Source: Cyanidioschyzon merolae (Eukaryota). Taken from it: DNA of 64,000 nucleotides. Shown one piece after another: positions 60,627-64,000 of the stretch. The notes beneath the pieces are model-generated. The model was not told the DNA's origin, searched no databases, and saw only the letters and a list, made by a program, of their open reading frames with translations. Position numbers and translations under genes: made by a program. The stretch lies in the NCBI GenBank assembly GCA_000091205.1, contig AP006491.2; one strand, 5' to 3'. Position 1 is the stretch's first letter; every line of letters begins with the position of its first letter.

Positions 60627-62117
60627 ATGTCAAGTTTTTCTGGTGTGCTCGGCCCGAAACTTGTCCTTCGAAGCGGTGACTGGGTTTGTTGCTCGGCGCC
60701 AGACTGGACGCGTCAGCGACGCGCTGGAAGTTTCGGACGCTGGCTCAGTACACCACGCGGTTCAGAGTCTACCGCCGCCGAAGAAACAGGCGATGCTCCT
60801 TCGAACCCGGAAAATGGTGGGTCCAGTGCGGACGCGGTGACCCCACCACGACAGGTTCCACCGGTGCTTGCGGTGGAGCAGATTCGCTACGGCCAGCGGG
60901 AGTACCGCATCAATAGCGCTGGTCACCTGGAGGTGGCGGAGGTACGCACTCGTCGAGCCTGGGGCCTGAAAGCCGCTGACCGCTTTAGTCGTATGTTTCT
61001 TCCAGACGGTTATCCGGACTCCGTGGGTCCAGACTACGCTGAATACACCAAGTGGCGGGGCCGTGCTTTCTTCTTCGGAGGCATGGTGGGCGTCTTCAGC
61101 ACCCAGTCTCTTCTACTTGCAGTGGGCGTCGGACGACCAAGCGCTGCCCCCATCGCTGCAGCCTTGCAATGGGTCATTCGGGACGGACTCGGAAGAGCAG
61201 GGCGCATGCTCTTCAGCCAAGTAGGCACCGGCTTCGACGCAGAGACGAAGCAGTACCGGTTGGCTGCCGCATTCGTCCTGAATGTGTCCTGTGCGCTGGA
61301 GGCACTGACGCCCCTGTTCCCTCATCTATTTCTACCGCTGGCGAGCCTTGCCAACATGGCCAAAGGCGCAAGCACTGTGGCCGCTGCGTCGACGCGGGGT
61401 GCTATTTACCGTTCCTTCATGCGGCGGGAGAATCTCGGAGATATAACTGCCAAACAGGAGACTGTGGGCGTCGCTGGAGACCTCCTGGGAACCGCCGTCG
61501 GCGTCATTCTCTCGCGAGCATCCAGCCACTCGCATCGCCTATCGGTGATCGCTTTCATTGGAGCCTCGCTTGGACATCTAATCAGCGCCTATTACGAGGT
61601 TAAAAGCGTAGAACTGCGAACGCTGAATCGTCAGAGAGCGCACATGCTCATTTGGAACTACCTGGAAGACCAGGACCGCGTCTTACCCATTCGAGACGTG
61701 AACCGGAGAGAGCGCCTCGTATATCGGCCGTGGCTGGACTCGCTGCATGCTCCAAACGTCGAGATCGGTGCACGGCTCTCGGACGCAGCACCGGATGCTG
61801 ATGCGCTGAAATTTTTGCTCCGACTTTATCGCGACGAAAAGTACATGATGAACTACGCCGGCGGACGCGTCCGAATCGTTCTGCGGAATGACGCGACCCA
61901 TCAGGATCAACTCAAAGCCTATTTCCAGTCGCGGGCCTTTTGGCGGCTGTACATGACCAGTGGTGAGCGATTCTCGCCCAACCGCGCCCTTATCGAGGAC
62001 AGCTACCGCGCAACAAACCAGCTTTTCCCCAGTTTTGTGCGCGACTGCCGAGCTGAGGGTTGGAACGTCGACTGCGTACTCTTGAGGCCACTTGCCCGCA
62101 GAGTGCAGTGGAGCTAA
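60627..62117 (+). CDS. DUF647/RUS (root UV-B sensitive, RUSF1/C16orf58-like) family protein
   Basis: RMFLPDGYPDSVGPDYAEYTKWRGRAFFFGGMVGVFSTQSLLLAVGVG... is the hallmark FLPxGYPxSVxxDYxxYxxW block of DUF647. It is followed by the conserved hydrophobic core. Confidence 0.8.
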   Translation: MSSFSGVLGPKLVLRSGDWVCCSAPDWTRQRRAGSFGRWLSTPRGSESTAAEETGDAPSNPENGGSSADAVTPPRQVPPVLAVEQIRYGQREYRINSAGHLEVAEVRTRRAWGLKAADRFSRMFLPDGYPDSVGPDYAEYTKWRGRAFFFGGMVGVFSTQSLLLAVGVGRPSAAPIAAALQWVIRDGLGRAGRMLFSQVGTGFDAETKQYRLAAAFVLNVSCALEALTPLFPHLFLPLASLANMAKGASTVAAASTRGAIYRSFMRRENLGDITAKQETVGVAGDLLGTAVGVILSRASSHSHRLSVIAFIGASLGHLISAYYEVKSVELRTLNRQRAHMLIWNYLEDQDRVLPIRDVNRRERLVYRPWLDSLHAPNVEIGARLSDAAPDADALKFLLRLYRDEKYMMNYAGGRVRIVLRNDATHQDQLKAYFQSRAFWRLYMTSGERFSPNRALIEDSYRATNQLFPSFVRDCRAEGWNVDCVLLRPLARRVQWS

Positions 62118-62544
62118 TGCCCGACGCCAGTGTCCGATTCCAATGCATGGACTGACGAGCGTCCAGTGCACGCTGCAAGTCACCACGATGTCAAGCGGAG
62201 CACTTACTTTAGTGCTGGCCCGCTCATAAGCACCTTCGCCGATGCCATCTACAAGATTGACCGTTTCATTCAGTGCAGACGCTGCGCCATCCATTCTGGT
62301 GATAATCCGCCGGGCAGCACCAGCAACAGCAACAGCAACAGCCCGCGCGCAGCCGGGGCAAGCCCATCCAGGCGACCTGAGCGCTGTCCCTGGGGAGGCA
62401 CTGCGTCACCGCAAAACGTGCGCGCACTTTCAAGAAAGCCTGGTAGCAAGCGCTCAGCGCGTCATTCCAACAGTCTTGTACGGTCCTCAGCTGAATCCAG
62501 TGTGGCACTCGCTGGGCGCTCTTCACGATGCATGAAAAACGCCC

Positions 62545-63987
62545 TCACAAGATGCCATTCGAATAGAACTGAAATCGATCATATTGCCTGGTGCGCCAGT
62601 TATCGATGCTTTCGTCAATCAGATCCAGCACCGCCCGAATGCATTCTCGTTCAGGGAGCGATAACATGAGCCGCTGCCTGAGTCCATCGACCACAGCCAT
62701 GCCGCCGGCCATACAAGGAAGTCGAGTACCCTCGAGCATGATCTCGATGAGAGTGGTGAGCTTTTCGTGGTGCTTGCGGCACGCCAGAAATCCGCTCACA
62801 AAAAGCTCTCTGAAATAGCAGAATGTCTCACTCTGCACATCACCCATCACCTGGAGATACTCTGGGGATAACTTAAACGGAGCCGCTTCGAAACGGATTG
62901 AACCGGGTGAGTTGCCCAGCATGAATCCAAAATCAATATGAATAACATGCCCGCTAGCCGCTAGCATAATGTTCCCGTTGTGTCGATCGCGCACCTGGAA
63001 CAGATACGTCACCAGGGAATAGCCTGCCATGCTTTCCGTGAAGTTGCGCACTGCTTTGGCCAAAGCAGGCGACGGTGGTGCTCCGTACGCTCGCTCGAAA
63101 TATTCACGCAGCGAGATAAAATTTGGCGTCCGCTTCTTCAATGCGTGCACGCTCACAGCGTCGGGAATCGTCTCCACCAGTCCCGCATTATTGCCAAGAC
63201 ATACGATGGTGAACGGCCGTAACCACAGAGGCAACGACTCTTCTTCAAAAATCCGCAACATCTGCTCGATCAGCTGCACAGCTAATTGCTCTTGGCGCAG
63301 ATCATCACCTGCTTTCACAATAAATGACGCCAGTCGCCAAGTAGGCAGATGCCCGAACGGCGATGCGAGTCGAACACGTGCCTCCTTCCATGCCCACATC
63401 TCGCCGTAGACAGAGAGGAGCGTCGCCTCTCGCGCTCGCCGCTCCGATGCCTCATCCAGTGGCGCCTTCATCTGTTCACGGAAATTGACGCCGCGCGGTA
63501 CGTGCGCCGCTGCATGCATGAAGCCGCTGGCACGGATCGTCGGGCGATTTCCCGCGGATGCTGTATGCGTGTCGCTCGTTCGATGCCTTGAAGCGCCATA
63601 CTTTTCGAGCATTTTCTCTGCAATTGCTTCACGAACGAGTTTCCTTTGGAGCTCTTGCAGATCTACGCGGTGTGTGTTTGGCCCGCTTGACGCTCGGGCA
63701 GCGGTGGCTGCTTCTGGGTCTGTCCCTGGATGCCGCTGGTTGTTGTTCACAGTGTTGGTCTCTGTCGCGAGGCACGAGTCCGACGCTACTGCCGCTTCCG
63801 TATCCGGGTGTGTTGTGTGCTGCAGGCGACGAAGCGTACCGCTGCTGAGCGAGCGTGCGCGTTGGAGGTGTGCACCACTCGCTCCGACAAGATCTGAATA
63901 TGACGTGATGGTCAAGCTGGCGCTGCCGTTACCGCCGAGGCCGGTTCCGAGGTCGGCAGATGCGAGACGATGTGCGTAACGAGGCAA
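62545..63987 (-). CDS. PI4KB: Phosphatidylinositol 4-kinase, type III beta (Pik1-like), C-terminal catalytic part only; the gene continues beyond the window end
   Basis: The PI3/4-kinase catalytic motifs are ESMAGYSLVTYLFQVRDRHNGNIMLAASGHVIHIDFGFMLGNSPGSIRFEAAPFKLSPEYLQVMGD. GLVETIPDAVSVHALKK matches PI4K-beta (GLIEVV.NSVSIH.LKK). Full PI4K-beta proteins are 800 aa or more, so the N-terminus lies past position 64000. Confidence 0.85.
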   Translation of the reverse strand: MPRYAHRLASADLGTGLGGNGSASLTITSYSDLVGASGAHLQRARSLSSGTLRRLQHTTHPDTEAAVASDSCLATETNTVNNNQRHPGTDPEAATAARASSGPNTHRVDLQELQRKLVREAIAEKMLEKYGASRHRTSDTHTASAGNRPTIRASGFMHAAAHVPRGVNFREQMKAPLDEASERRAREATLLSVYGEMWAWKEARVRLASPFGHLPTWRLASFIVKAGDDLRQEQLAVQLIEQMLRIFEEESLPLWLRPFTIVCLGNNAGLVETIPDAVSVHALKKRTPNFISLREYFERAYGAPPSPALAKAVRNFTESMAGYSLVTYLFQVRDRHNGNIMLAASGHVIHIDFGFMLGNSPGSIRFEAAPFKLSPEYLQVMGDVQSETFCYFRELFVSGFLACRKHHEKLTTLIEIMLEGTRLPCMAGGMAVVDGLRQRLMLSLPERECIRAVLDLIDESIDNWRTRQYDRFQFYSNGIL

Positions 63988-64000
63988 GAGACGAGACGGG

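Noticed and set aside
1-64000. Kinetoplastid-style polycistronic transcription unit, considered because of high GC and intronless genes
   Set aside because: Genes alternate strands frequently, head-to-head pairs are common, and conventional kinetochore genes (SKA1, SPC25) are present. This is inconsistent with trypanosomatids.

Overview
This is GC-rich nuclear DNA from a unicellular eukaryote whose genes are almost intronless; I cannot assign the lineage from sequence alone. Genes sit on both strands and most translate as single uninterrupted ORFs with clear eukaryote-only homologs. Recognisable genes, in order, are SKA1, SPC25, a Rav1/DMXL (rabconnectin-3)-like giant WD40 protein split across two frames, homogentisate 1,2-dioxygenase, a DIS3L2-type RNase II exoribonuclease, a CDCA7-type 4CXXC zinc-finger protein and phytochelatin synthase. 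They continue with two divergently arranged BCP/PrxQ peroxiredoxins, AMP deaminase, an ABC-F ATPase, NDUFA13/GRIM-19, an SNF2 ATPase, an F-box/LRR protein, a NIFK/Nop15 RRM protein, ribokinase, a DUF647/RUS protein and a truncated PI4K-beta. The most interesting layer sits on top of this housekeeping landscape. At least five decayed or partial copies of one repeat family carry remnants of a TnpB-like RuvC nuclease, with the RuvC-II region, a zinc finger and a D-x-N-A-A-x-N-I RuvC-III motif. This is the eukaryotic Fanzor type of putative RNA-guided nuclease. These copies lie in lower-GC islands, and three of them sit immediately upstream of host genes in the same orientation (SKA1, DIS3L2, AMPD). 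Other notable features are two in-frame coding-capable tandem arrays (24-bp and 105-bp units), several trinucleotide microsatellites, and a possible 32-nt GT-AG mini-intron or frameshift inside the Rav1-like gene. No rRNA or tRNA gene could be supported.
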